A DNA stretch of 63,397 nucleotides, the filler included, from Octopus bimaculoides (Eukaryota): the NCBI RefSeq assembly GCF_001194135.2. It is 6 parts of 6 records of this genome, joined end to end, with 100 filler letters (N's around TTAATTAATTAA, not from the genome) between each part and the next. Parts side by side here need not be neighbours in the genome. Positions count along the whole stretch, not along the records: positions 1 to 19,505 come from NC_068992.1; 5 more parts are not named here. One strand, written 5' to 3'. The notes under the pieces are model-generated. The model was not told where the DNA came from, ran no database searches, and saw only the letters and a program-made list of their open reading frames with translations. Of the stretch, positions 1 to 12,880 are shown one piece after another (position 1 is the first letter of the stretch; each line of letters opens with the position of its first letter). Made by a program: the position numbers and the translations under genes.

Positions 1-750
1 CGTTGCCAGAACCGCCTGACTGGCCCTCGTGGCGGTGTCACATAAAAGCACCCACAATACTTTCGGAGTGGTTGGCGTTAGGAAGGGCATCCAGCTGTAG
101 AAACTTTGCCAGATCAGATTGGAGCCTGGTGCAGCCTCTGGCTCACCAATCCTCAGTCAAACCGTCCAACCCATGCCAGCATGGAAAGCGGACGTTAAAT
201 GATGATGATGATGATGATTGCTTCAGCAATTAGCAATAATGAGTTTCCAAACAGTCTCTATAAACAGTGTAAAAGATGCTCAGTTGTTGATGAAATCCTA
301 AAATAGGATTGAAACCAGTTCAGCCAAGACACAGTATCATCATCATCATCATCAATGTTTAACGTCCCCGTTTTCCATGCTGGCATGGGTTGGACGGTTC
401 AACTGAGATCTGGGAAGCCAGAAGGCTGCACCAGGCCCCAATCTGATCAGGTAGTGTTTCTACAGCTGGATGCCCTTCCTAATGCCAGCCACTCCAAGAG
501 TGTAGTAGGTGCTTTTTACATGCTACTGGCACAGGGGCCAGAGGGGGCTGGCAACGACAACGATTGGTTGGTGCTTTTTACGTGCCACTGGCACGGAGAT
601 CACAACTACAATTTCCATTTGATTTTGGTTTTGATGTACTTGACTCAATAGGTCTCCTCAAGCACAGCATGTCGCCCTGTGATCCAAAGTACTTCTGAGT
701 GGGCTGGTTATGCAACACTAGTGTAGGTTACAGCTGTGAACTCACTTTAT
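1..750. mobile_element. Two RTE 3'-UTR copies tail to tail (1-220 plus; 335-750 minus)
   Basis: Shared 'ctggatgcccttcctaa.gccaaccactc' core and (GAT)/(CAT) tails. Other copies lie at ~3600, 4620-4808, 10020-10175, 10470-10650, 11520-11697, 12645-12843, 14235-14380, 18250-18400 and 20890-21200. Confidence 0.8.
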
Positions 751-892
751 TTGCCGGGTCACTATATATACAGTTTAGGTTAAAAATCTATAGATATATT
801 CAGCAGTATAAATACAGCATAAGAACATTATTATCCTTAGAAAATTACTACTTTTAAATCTCACAACGTGAAATATTTAGCAACAGTACTAT

Positions 893-1201
893 GTAGTAAA
901 GATTGTTTGCGAACATAACATGGCAGTCCTGGTTTAGGACAAATGTTGCTGTAATTTAACCCCAGGAGACATCGTCTCCAGCTGGCTATACAACACGATC
1001 TGAAGGGAAATAACTCAGAAATTGCGATACACAGATATTGTTTTGAGCTGAGTAGGGGTGCTAGAATCCCTTGTTTGAAAATATAAGGACACAGATCATG
1101 TCGTATAGCCAACTGGAGACGATGTCTCCTGGGGGCTAAATTACAGCAACATTCGTCCTAAACCAGGACTGCCATGTTATGTTGGCAAAAAATCTTTACT
1201 A
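893..1201. mobile_element. Foldback/MITE-like element with ~110-bp inverted arms
   Basis: 893-1001 is the near reverse complement of 1091-1201 around a ~90-bp core. Partial copies lie at ~5865-6072 and ~15407-15622. Confidence 0.8.
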
Positions 1202-1303
1202 CATTATTAACCTTAGCTTAAACATAGTGGTTCCTTGTTTGAACCCTGTCTGGTACAATGTACACACATTTGGAACAAGACACCTGATGGTGATAATTAG
1301 AAA

Positions 1304-1374
1304 TCAAACAGGGCAGCACATTGAGCAGGTGCAAATATTGAAGGATCTTTCATCTGAAAAACCAGGTGAATAGT
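1304..1374 (-). CDS. Gene A probable terminal coding exon (DYSPGFSDERSFNICTCSMCCPV*)
   Basis: gtttcag|AC TAT... in phase 1, open to TGA at 1306-1304. Competing acceptors give exon starts at 1396 and 1353. Confidence 0.55.
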
Positions 1375-1769
1375 CTGAAACATTAACTTCTTAAAACTGA
1401 AGTAAAATAAAAGCAAATTAGCATGAATAAAGCAATGTTTGCTCAGCAAATATTATATAAACAAATTTTTACTTTGCGTGCATCTGGTATCTTACTGTCA
1501 GTCACTTTAGGAGAGAGTATCAGATTATTACAACATTATAATCATAACATGGTGTTCAACTGTTACCGGTTGAAAGCAACGAAGAGGAGGAGGGAAAATT
1601 ATCAAGGTCTTATGCTTATTCAATACATCTTATATGTATTTCATTAACAACAATAATTGTTATATAATGAATATCTCATAAACAGATTATATCATCAAAT
1701 CATCAGACGCTGCATAATATAAATAACTTTTAAGTTATTAAAGGACATTGGCCAGCATTTGTTGATATA

Positions 1770-2572
1770 TCATCATCATCATCATCATCATCATCATTGT
1801 TTAATGTCCCCTTTCCATGCTGGCATGGGTTGGATGGTTTGACTGAGGACCGGTGAACCAGAAGGCTGTACCAGGCTCCAATCTGATCTAGCAAAGTTTT
1901 TACAGCTGGATGCCCTTCCTGATGCCAACCACTCTGAGAGTGTAGTGGGTGCTTTTACATGCCACCAGCACAAGGGCCAGTCAGGCAGTTCTGGCAACAA
2001 CCATGCTCAAAAAGGTGCTTTTTACATGCTACCTGCACGGGAGCCAGTCCAGCGGTACTGGCAACGACCATGCTCAAATGTTTTCTTTCATGTGCCACCG
2101 GCACATGCTGGTAAGGCGACGCTGGCAACGATCACACTCGAATGGTGGTTTTTACGTGCCACTGGTACGGGAACCAATCCATGGCCCTGGCTACAATCAC
2201 GCTCAGATGTGCTGCTAACGTTCCACTGGTATGAGTTCCAATCAGGCAGTACTGTCGTCAGCCACGTCAGTGATCTTGATTTTGATTTCACTTGCCTCAA
2301 TAGGTCTTCACAAGCAAGGTTTATTGTCTAATGAATGAAGGGTACTAATAAGTGGGCTGGTTACACCCACTGGCATAAGCCATGGGCTATGGTCTCACTT
2401 GGCTTGTTGGGTCTTCTCAAGCACAGCATATCTCCAAAGGTCTGTCATTAGTCATTGCCTCAGTAATGCCCAATGTTCGAAGGTCGTGCTTCACCACATC
2501 TCAGGTCTTCCTGGGTCTACCCCTCCACAGGTTCCCTCAACTGCTAGGGTGTGACACTTTTTCACACAGCAA
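1770..2572 (-). mobile_element. RTE LINE 3' end (older copy)
   Basis: Same ORF end and UTR as 14400-15117, in reverse, with (CAT)n at 1770-1797. Confidence 0.8.
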
Positions 2573-3838
2573 AGCAATGTAATACAGTCCAATATCCATT
2601 ATATAACTTTAATTTAAATTTGTTGTGCAACCTGACAGTTTTATGACATAATGTGTTTATGAGGTGCTTTTTTATATAACAAATATTGTTAATGGAATAT
2701 GTGTAAGATGTATTGAATGAATGTAAAAACTTATCTCTATACTTGTGTTCAAAATTCTGGAATGAAATACAGAAAGAGCATAGAATAATAATTGCTCCTC
2801 ACATGGAACAGAACACGTGGAGTTCTAAACATTGGTAATATGCTTTGACCAATAAATCACATTACACAAATACATAGAGATGAGAAGATCACTGATAGAC
2901 AAGTGATGTTGCTCATATCCAGGCTTCTGTGGGAAACACGCCTGGCCTTGCTTGGAAACATGTGAGGGTTTGGTGACAGGAAGAGCATCTAGCTATAGGA
3001 AATCTGCCTCAACAAATTCTACCTGACCTAGACAAATATGGAAACAAGGACATAGAAAGATATTAATGATGATGCTAATGACGCTGCTGATGTTATTCCA
3101 TTTAACCTTCAAATTCTTAGAACTGTTTTTTCCATACTGACATAGGTCAGATGAGGCTTTTGGATGCAGTCTTCTACAGATGGTTGCCCTCCCAGATGTG
3201 AATCCTTATTTTAAAATTAAGATAATTTATTCTGTCATCACATGCCAAGCTACTTGGTGACTCTCTAAAAACTATTTTCATAAATGAAGTGCAATGGGAG
3301 AGTCCTAAAATCTCGCATGAGACTATAAGTTTTCAGAGGATCTGAACATGACCACCCCTACTGAGAAACTAGAGATAGTTATATACAATGTTGGATTTCT
3401 CAGCTGTTAACTGTATATACACATACTACATCTCTATACTATATGTATACTGTGACTATATATTAAGATATATATATATATATATATACACAGGCCAATA
3501 AGGAAACTCCTACATGGTCAATCAGCCTGTTAGAAATAGCAACGAAATTTCCTTTTTATTCAAAGGTACCACATGAAACAAGTCTGAAATACACTATTAT
3601 CATCATCATCATCATCATCATTTAATGTTCACTTTCCATGCTGGCATAGGTTGGACAGTTTGACTGAGGACTGGCAGGCCAGAAGGATGATGGGACACAG
3701 AATAATCACAGACACATCTTTGATCACTGGTCTGATTGATCAGGGTTTATATGTGTGTGTGTGTGAACACATTCCATTAAAGCAATGGAGGGACATTGCT
3801 GAGAAGCCCCAATTACAGGATGCTGAATCTTTCATATA

Positions 3839-3875
<37 letters not shown>

Positions 3876-4284
3876 AGAGTGATGGGTATAATATCCAGGC
3901 AGATACTGAATTTCTCTCTGTAAAATGCCAAGGCTGGTTCCTTCAGATGCTGTGTTTTATTGTAAACTTCTTGTCACTCTCCTTCGAAGTTACAGTTTAT
4001 TCCTTGGCTACTTAGAGTGTAAGGTACAGTATTGATAATAAGGAAAATGAATTGGAACATTCAAACTTTATGCTTATTTCCAGTTAGCTTATTCGTTATA
4101 ATTGTCCAACACATGTATATACCCTGAAGAGATCATATTAATAATGCATAAATCGCTGCATATAATATGCAACAATATGCAATTACAAGGATCGAAACAC
4201 GTGTTGGACAATTATCATGAACAAACTAACCAGAAATAAACATAAAGTTTGAATGTTCAAATTCTTCATTCTCCTTATTATCAA

Positions 4285-4324
<40 letters not shown>

Positions 4325-4847
4325 TATATTGATGTTTGGCTATAAAAACAGCAAAAAAAATGAAATTGAGTAAATCCTCTCCATGATAAATAATATAAAA
4401 AATTTATCAAAAAAGTTAGAACTCGGTAAAAACATAGAGAGTAATGTATTTGTATTTATAAAGTAAAACAATAAAAGATACCAAGTGGCACTCATTCAAA
4501 ATCTGTATTGACTTGTGTTTCAATATATTTGGAAATAACTCCAGTATGGGAAGATATATGGTTTTAGAAATCTAAACATAAATCCTTAAGGATAGGTATT
4601 ATTTAATAATTAGGTCATTGGCACCTGTGCCAGTGGCACGTAAAAAACACCCACTACACTCTCGGTGTGGTTGATGTTAGGAAGAGCATCCAGCCATAGA
4701 AACCTTGCCAAATCAGATTGGAACCTGGTGCAGCTTCCTGGCTTACCAGTTTTCAGTGAAACCATCCTACCCATGCCAGCATGGAAAGTGGACAGATGAT
4801 GATGATGAACTAGATGACAGGTATGAGGCTTGAAATACTTGTCCTGT

Positions 4848-5184
4848 TGTAAGGATTGCTGAGACCCCTTTCGGTCATGACTGACTATGGGATTGCACCT
4901 AGAAACTTACCCTCCCAGGCACAAGTCCGGGCAAGGTTGTTTATAGAAGACCAGTAGTCACCCATACATGCCAATCTACCCTCTCCCCGCCACCAGTGTT
5001 ATCCAAAAGGAAAGGCAAAAGGGCCAATACAGCTTGGTACCGGTGACATCGCAACTCATTTCTACAACTGAGTGAACTGGAACAATGTGAAATAAAGTGT
5101 CTTGCTCAAGAACACAACACACAGCCCAGTCCGGGATTCAAGCTCACAACCTCATGATCTTAAGCTCGACGCTCTAACCACTGA
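4848..5184 (-). mobile_element. tRNA-derived SINE family 4
   Basis: Minus strand reads tcagtggttagagcgtcg...tgaatcccgg then 'gttcttgagcaagacacttt', a CORE-like segment. Confidence 0.65.
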
Positions 5185-5386
5185 AGGCGTAAGGATTATA
5201 TTCAAAATAAAGTAAATATACTCTACATTCTATAATGTATTGAGTTCTTTTTTATCTAAGCATTATGTATGCATCCACCCACTCAAAGGCACACAAACAC
5301 AAGTAGAGAGAGAGATACATGCACACACATCAAGGAATTAGTAATGCAGGTGATAGATCTCTGTGAAATGACCAGTCCCATCTTAC

Positions 5387-5436
5387 CTATGTCAGAGTTT
5401 GGTACTGAAAGCACTGTCACTGAATCAGAAGAATCC
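5387..5436 (-). CDS. Gene A exon (EDSSDSVTVLSVPNSDI)
   Basis: Strong acceptor tccttttgcttttaccaatttcag|G and donor ATAG|gtaaga; 50 nt, phase 2 to 1, matching both neighbours. Confidence 0.75.
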
Positions 5437-6526
5437 CTGAAATTGGTAAAAGCAAAAGGAAAAAGATCATAATGGCACAGCAAAGTGAAATACAAAATGC
5501 TTAAACAATAAATAAATCAATGTACACGTGTGTGTATGTATGTTTCTATGAACATATACATGTGTGTTTGTGTGTGTGTGTGTGTATATACATATACATA
5601 TATNNNNNNNNNNNNNNNNNNNNNNNNNNNNNNNNNNNNNNNNNNNNNNNNNNNNNNNNNNNNNNNNNNNNNNNNNNNNNNNNNNNNNNNNNNNNNNNNN
5701 NNNTCATTGCTCATCATCAGTCTGGAGTAGCATGGCTTGCTAGCTGTTGATGCTTATTCGCCTTTGAAAACATATAGATTTCAAGTGAAATACATTTCCC
5801 TTTGAAAACATAAGGACACAGAAAACGGGAATTTGGCAGCACCACCTCTAGCCAAACAATTATTCTGTGCTGATGAAGGGAAATAACCCAGAAATTGCGA
5901 TACACAGATATAGTTTTGAGCTGTGTGGGGGTGCTAGATTCCCTTATTCAAAAATATAAGGACACAGATCATGTCGTATAGCCAGCTGGAGACGATGTCT
6001 CCTGGGGCTAAATTACAGCAACATTCGTCCTAAACCAGGACTGCCATGTTATGTTGGCAAACAATCTTTACTCCATAATAATAATGGTTTCAAATTTTGC
6101 CACAAGGGCAGCCATTCATGGCAGGAGGAGATAAGTCAATTACATGGGCCCTAGTATGCAACTGGTACTTAATTTATCGACTCCCGAAAGGCTGAAAGGC
6201 AAAGTTGACCATGACGACATTTGAACTCAGAATATAGTGATGGACAAAATACTGCTAAGCATTTCGTCCAACATGTTAACGATTCTGACAGTTCACCACC
6301 TTAATAATAATATTAATGGTTGCAAATTTTGCCACAAGGGCAGCAATTTTGGGAGAGGGGATGAGTTGATTACATCAACTCCAGTATTTAACTGGTATTT
6401 ATTTTACTGACACCGAAAGGATGAAAGGTAAAGTCAACCTCGGTGGAATTTGAACTCAGAACAGAGAGACAAACAAAATGCCACTAAGCATTTTGTCCAG
6501 CACACTAACAATTCTGCCAGCTCACC

Positions 6527-6593
<67 letters not shown>

Positions 6594-7112
6594 CAAGAGT
6601 ACTCAGAGAGTGCAAACCTCTGCCAAGGCAACACCAACATCCTCTCAACAATTAGCTGAAGATGATTTTTAAAATGAGAATATCTGAAATAAACTCGATT
6701 GCTCTCACAAACAAGAATACTAAAAATGAACCCGACTGCTCTCANNNNNNNNNNNNNNNNNNNNNNNNNNNNNNNNNNNNNNNNNNNNNNNNNNNNNNNN
6801 NNNNNNNNNNNNNNNNNNNNNNNNNNNNNNNNNNNNNNNNNNNNNNNNNNNNNNNNNNNNNNNNNNNNNNNNNNNNNNNNNNNNNNNNNNNNNNNNNNNN
6901 NNNNNNNNNNNNNNNNNNNNNNNNNNNNNNNNNNNNNNNNNNNNNNNNNNNNNNNNNNNNNNNNNNNNNNNNNNNNNNNNNNNNNNNNNNNNNNNNNNNN
7001 NNNNNNNCAACCTCGGTGGAATTTGAACTCAGAACAGAGAGACAAACAAAATGCCACTAAGCATTTTGTCCAGCACACTAACAATTCTGCCAGCTCACCG
7101 TAATAATAATAA

Positions 7113-9151
7113 GAGCAGAAGGAATGCTGCAAGGGCTCATACGGCTGTAAAGATCAGCTACTGATCAATGAAGCCATAACTGAAAACAGCCACATAAAAA
7201 AGAAAGGCCTCAGTATGGCATGGATCGATTAATGAAAGGTTTTTGATAGCATCTCCCACACATGGATCCTAGAAACACTAGCCATGAACAAGGTAGCACC
7301 AATAATTATAAAATGCATAAGACACTCTATGAATAAATGGCAGACAGTGCTACAGCTCCAAATAAAAGAGAAACTAGTGAAAACCAAAGCCATCCCCATT
7401 AGAATATTCCAAGGAGACACATTCTCTCCACAACTTTTCTGCTTGGCACTGACACCTTTATCTGACATGCTAAACAGAACTGGATGCAGATACAAATGTT
7501 ACAGCAAAACAATCAGCCACCTCTTATATATGGATGACCTAAAACTATACACTACAAATGATAAACAGCTGGAAACACTACTAAAGACAGTACATGGCTT
7601 TACCAAGGAAATAGATATGAAGTTTGGCTTAGAAAAATGTGCTAAAGCAACCTTGAAAAGAGGAAAACTAGTTAAGAGTAGCAACATCACACTAGATAAA
7701 GCAAATGAAATAAGAGAATTAGACCAAAGTAAGACATGCAAATACTTAGGAATCAATGAACTAGATACGATGCAACACACACAAATGAAAGAGAAAATAA
7801 AGAGAAAGAATACTATAGACGAGTTAGTTCAATACTGAAAACAGAGCTCAATGCTAAAAACAAGATAATATGTATCAACACTCTCACCGTCCCAGTTATA
7901 AGCTGCAGCTACAATATCCTTAACTGGACTCTAAATGAACTAATCAAAATAGACAGGAAAACAAGAAAAATAATGACAGGATTTAGGATGTACCACTCAA
8001 AATCTGACATAGAAAGGTTATATATACAACATATAGAAGGAGGTAGAGGCCTTATACAGTGAGAAAACTATTACGAAATACCCACCATAGGACTACAGAA
8101 ATATCTACTTCAGAAGCAAAAAAAACTAATACAAATAGCCACAAAACATGAGCAAAACAAAAAACTGTTTTCAGTCTTTAAGGAAGCTGACAAATACAAA
8201 AAAGAAGTCATACTACTTAACAACTATGAAGAAAAAGAAGAAACAACAAAAGCTATAAAACAAATGAAATCCAAACTAAAACTGGAACAGCAACGGGTCA
8301 TGATAAACAATGGCAAGAAAAGCTCCTTCCTGGCAAATATTGGGTTAAAAGAAACAAAAAAGACATAGACAAGCAAAATCCCAACAATGGCTGAGAAGTT
8401 CAGGACTCAAAGCAGAGACCGAAGGATAATTTAATTACAGCCCAAGACCAAAGCCTCCCCACCAGAAATTACCAAAAAAACATATACAGAAAAGAAATAC
8501 AACTACTAACTGCAGAATGTGGAGATGGCTGCCCAGTCCTGGCTAAGCAGGAATATATTCACAGACACAACAGAGTTGGGACCTATATACACTGGAATCT
8601 GTGCCAACACTGTGGAATAACAACAGAAAAAAGATGATATAGGCACACGCCAGAAAAGGTCACAGAAAATGAGAAAGCAACCATACTATGGGATATGCCA
8701 TTACACACAAAAAGAGAAATTAAAGCCAATAGGCCAGATATAGTTCTCAGAGATTATCAAGAACACAAAATGCTTTCTAATTGATGTATCAATACCAACA
8801 GATGATAACGTTTCTCTAAAAGAAATGGAGAAACTTTTAAAATACAAAGACCTGGAAAAAGAGGTAACTCGAATGTGGAATCTAGAAACAGAAACAATTC
8901 CTATCATAACAGGTGCCTTAGGTATGATAAAAAAAAATATTCTAACAAATACAAAACAAAAACACCAGGACTAAAAAATATATATAACATACAGAAAATA
9001 GCACCACAAGGCACTGCACACATCCTATGCAAAACAGTTTCAATACAGTAACCATAAGAGCATCACAGCAAACCACAGTACATACCCAAGGCACACAGAG
9101 CTGCGCTCAGTAGTGAAGTGAAAGCATGTTATAAAAATAAGACCACTGAAT
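7113..9151 (+). mobile_element. 5'-truncated non-LTR retrotransposon, RT plus restriction-like endonuclease (R4/Dong-like), frameshifted
   Basis: RT motifs IFQGDTFSP and SHLLYMDDLKLY in ORF 7284-7838. Downstream are a degenerate Cys/His knuckle (CPVLA..YIHRHN) and RLE motifs (WDMP..EIKANRPDIV, LIDVSIPTD..KE.EK..KYKDL). (TAA)n flanks both ends. Confidence 0.85.
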
Positions 9152-9152
9152 G

Positions 9153-9208
<56 letters not shown>

Positions 9209-9527
9209 TTTTTCTACTGGAAGCACAAGGCCTCAAATGTAGAGGAAGGGATTAAGTCGATTACATTGATCTCAGTGCATAACTGGTACTAATTTTATCA
9301 ACCCCATGAAAGGATGAAAGGCAAAGTCAACCTTGGCGAAATTTGAACTTGAAACGTAAAGACAGATGAAATACCGCTAAGCATTTCGCCCGGCATGCTA
9401 ATGCTTCTGCCAGCTTGCTGCCTTAAAAATGATAACAACAACAACAACAATAATAATAATAATGGTGATGAGGATGATGAGAGATACACACCCCTAGCAG
9501 AGAAGAAAGAAAATATGCAAAACCTAC

Positions 9528-9723
9528 TCAGAACCATCCTGCGATACAGGTGAGGCTTTTTCAGTTGAATGCGATGCAGACAATTCAGGCTGGTTGCGAG
9601 GAAGTTGTCGTAAGGGGATGAAATCATTGCTGGAAACATTATCAGTGAAGTCAATAAATTCAATAGGGTCTTCTTCTTCAGCTGCTGCTTCATCTTCGTC
9701 GTCTTCTTCTTCTTCTACCTCAT
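9528..9723 (-). CDS. Gene A acidic exon (DEVEEEEDDEDEAAAEEEDPIEFIDFTDNVSSNDFIPLRQLPRNQPELSASHSTEKASPVSQDGSE)
   Basis: ctgtttcgtttcag|AT...TCTGA|gtaggt, 196 nt open, phase 1 to 2. This is a different frame from the 9298-9693 ORF in the track. Confidence 0.8.
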
Positions 9724-10364
9724 CTGAAACGAAACAGATAATAGAGATAACAACTTAACGAGGTGATACTGAACTGAGTTACTCAATCTGCTCAAAATAA
9801 CAACCATGAAGCAACTCAAACTGCTCCATGTGTCCCTCTCCTACAAAATGGAGATAACCATGCAGCTCTACTACGAGAATCTGCTCTGCTCCACCCTTCA
9901 TATGTTAAACCCTCATCCCTCAGCATAAATCTGAGCCCCTACTCCCATGGGTTTCAAAGTCTTGTGAGCTGCATGGCAACTGCAATAGTGCTGGGGATAA
10001 GAAAAAAAGAGCACCCAGTACACTGTGTAAAGTGGCTGGCCTTAGGAAGGGTATGAAAATGGAGAGAGCACACCAAAGCAGACACTGGAGCAGAATGCAG
10101 TCCTTGGACACATCCGATACGGTCAACATCCATGTTCCATGCTAGCATGGAACATGGATGTTAAATGATGCTGACGATAATGTTAATGATAATAGCTACT
10201 AATTAACTCCAAGGAAAACCTGCCACAATCTTAAAAAAAAAAAACGAAGGAGGCTTTGGATAATTTAGTCCAGGGAAAATTGTAATTGAAATCAAGAGAA
10301 AAATTAAAAATTAAGAAGAGATAATTATGGTTCATCATAGTAACATAAAATAGTTCATCTCCAC

Positions 10365-10395
10365 TGGGATAGCGGACCGGGTTGGCCTCTATATC
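10365..10395 (-). CDS. Gene A possible short exon (DIEANPVRYP)
   Basis: Acceptor aatatttag|GAT in phase 0. The only nearby phase-1 donor is a weak gtggag, so the 3' boundary is uncertain. Confidence 0.3.
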
Positions 10396-10841
10396 CTAAA
10401 TATTCTTAACAATGAAATAGAAGATACCAGCATAGGGTTGTATAGGGAGAAATATGTTGTGGAGGCTGTTGCCGGTGCCATGTAAATGGCACCCATTACA
10501 CTCTTGGAGTGGTTGGCATTAGGAAGGGCATTTAGCCATAGAAACCATGCCAAATCAGAGTGGAACCTGGTGCAGCTTTCAGGTTTACCAGTTCCAGTCA
10601 AACTGTCTAACCCATGCCAGCATGGAAGGTAGATGTTAAATGATGATGGTGGTGATAAGAGACAAAATAGGGATAGAGAATGATGAGAGTGTGACAATAA
10701 TTAAACCCAGCAAATAAGTAAACATCCTATCGACTCACATGAAGCAGGGTTGATAATATTTTTGCTCATCCACTGCATATAATAATTGCCCCATTATATA
10801 TGCCTGTTTGCATAATATGCATTAAAGTAGTAACCAATTAC

Positions 10842-10933
10842 CAAATCCCTGGAACAACTGTAAAGACCATCCTCATCCTGCAACAACCAAATACTGAGGT
10901 CAATCTCTTCTTCTTTCTCTCTCTGTGGATTAG
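10842..10933 (-). CDS. Gene A internal exon (ANPQREKEEEIDLSIWLLQDEDGLYSCSRDL)
   Basis: ttcatgtag|CT...TTG|gtaatt, 92 nt open, phase 1 to 0, following a 142-nt intron from the previous exon. Confidence 0.6.
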
Positions 10934-11075
10934 CTACATGAAGTAGTTAAGAAACGAACAGTCATATTGCAGCCCCGACAACCCTTTCAAGACAACTTTG
11001 TGGACTTAACAAAAACAAAAGGATTTACAGCAGGTTAATAAGAACAAAGAAAGGAGGCAAACAATTTTTCAATAC

Positions 11076-11208
11076 CTTTGCTGTCTGCAGTACCTTCCAC
11101 TTTGTCACCAGAAGTGCCACGTCTCTTCCTACAGCCGTAATGTACGGTGTCATCTTGGATGAACTCAATGGAACTGCTCGAGAGAGAACCTAAATCAGGA
11201 TTTATAGC
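11076..11208 (-). CDS. Gene A internal exon (AINPDLGSLSSSSIEFIQDDTVHYGCRKRRGTSGDKVEGTADSK)
   Basis: Long polypyrimidine tract ...ctttctccttttag|GCT, donor AAAG|gtattg, 133 nt open, phase 0 to 1. Confidence 0.75.
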
Positions 11209-11664
11209 CTAAAAGGAGAAAGATTTAAAAAAGAAATAAAAACATTAGAAATGAAAATGTGTGTGTGTGTGTGTGTATACAATTGCATATATTTATCTAT
11301 TATCATCTGGGATAATTATCTCATAACCTGCATTTCAAAGCTCCAATACAGTTATCGGCTATCATATGCCAACATACAGCAGGATTACTCCTTTTAAATA
11401 CATGTGGAACTCCATTAGTGTATGCAGAATTTATATAAAAAATTGATAAGACAAGAAGATGGGAATGAACAAGCTTTAATCACAAATCATAGCCTGTTGC
11501 TTTATAAACATTTTAAAGCCTGACAACACTCTTGGAGCGGTTGGCGTTAAGAAGGGCCTCCAGCCATAGAAACCATGCCAAATCAGATTGGAACCTGGTG
11601 CAGTTCCCTGGCTTACCAATTCTGTCAGACTGTCCAACCCATGCCAGCATGGAAAACATATTAA

Positions 11665-11699
<35 letters not shown>

Positions 11700-12841
11700 C
11701 ATGCATATATGATGAGAAGCACATGTGGGAATGACATTATACAGCTAGAATCCCATTGGCAGCAAAATCCCAATATGGCCCAAGGAAACTAAACGGTAAC
11801 TAATTTACTCCTATCTATAAAATAGCAAAGTAAAGGTTAGGAGCAACTAATGGCCCCAAACACTGCTCTTATAAGCCAAATAGCATTTTGTGCTCTCTGA
11901 GGACCATCACACTCCAAACAGAAGACTTTGGTTAGGAAATTAATTATCTTTTGTCTTTTACTTGTTTCTGTCATTTAACTGAGGCCATACTGGAGCACCC
12001 CATGAAGAATTGTTAGTTAAATAAATTGGCCCCACTTCTAATCTTTTTTTAAGCCTGGTATTTATTGTATCAGTCTCTTTTGTCAAACTGCTAAGTTACG
12101 GGGACATAAACACACCAACACCAGTTGTCATGTGGTAGTGGGAGATAAACACAGACATAAAAACATGCACACACACACACACACACATACGATGGGCTTC
12201 TTCCAGTTTCCATCTATCAAATCTACATGCAATACTCTGATTAGCTGGAGGCTACAGCAGAAGACACTTGCCCAAGGTGCTACACAGTGGGATTGAACTT
12301 GGAACCATGTGGTTAGGAAGCAAACTTCTTGCCACACAGCCAAAACCTATAAACCACATGAAAAAAACACAAAAAAAACAAAAATAAAAACCCCTTGGGT
12401 TTTTCTTGTTGTTATACAATCCCAAAATACTTCTAAATTTAGTTTTTTATAGAATTTAATGAGGTATCTTAGTGTATCATGACTTTTAGAAAAATTAAGA
12501 TACCAATTCAGACAATTGGTATTGCCATTCCTTAACCCTTTAGCATGGCTTAAGCCGGCCATATCCAGCCCTAATATTTTACCCTACAATGCCATTCTAA
12601 AAATAAACAATCTGCTCTCAAAATTCCTTGTCTTGCAAGTTATTTGGTGACCCTCCCGGTGCCATGTAAAAAGCACTCAGTCCACTCTGCAGGGTGGTTC
12701 GTGTTAGGAAGGGCAGCCAGCCATAAAAACCCTGCCAAAAACAGGCATAGTAGCCTGGTGCAGTCTTCTATCTCGCTGGCTCCTGTCAAACCGTCTCCAA
12801 CCCATGTCATCATGGAAGGCGGATGTTAAACGACGATGATG

Positions 12842-12879
<38 letters not shown>

Positions 12880-12880
<1 letters not shown>

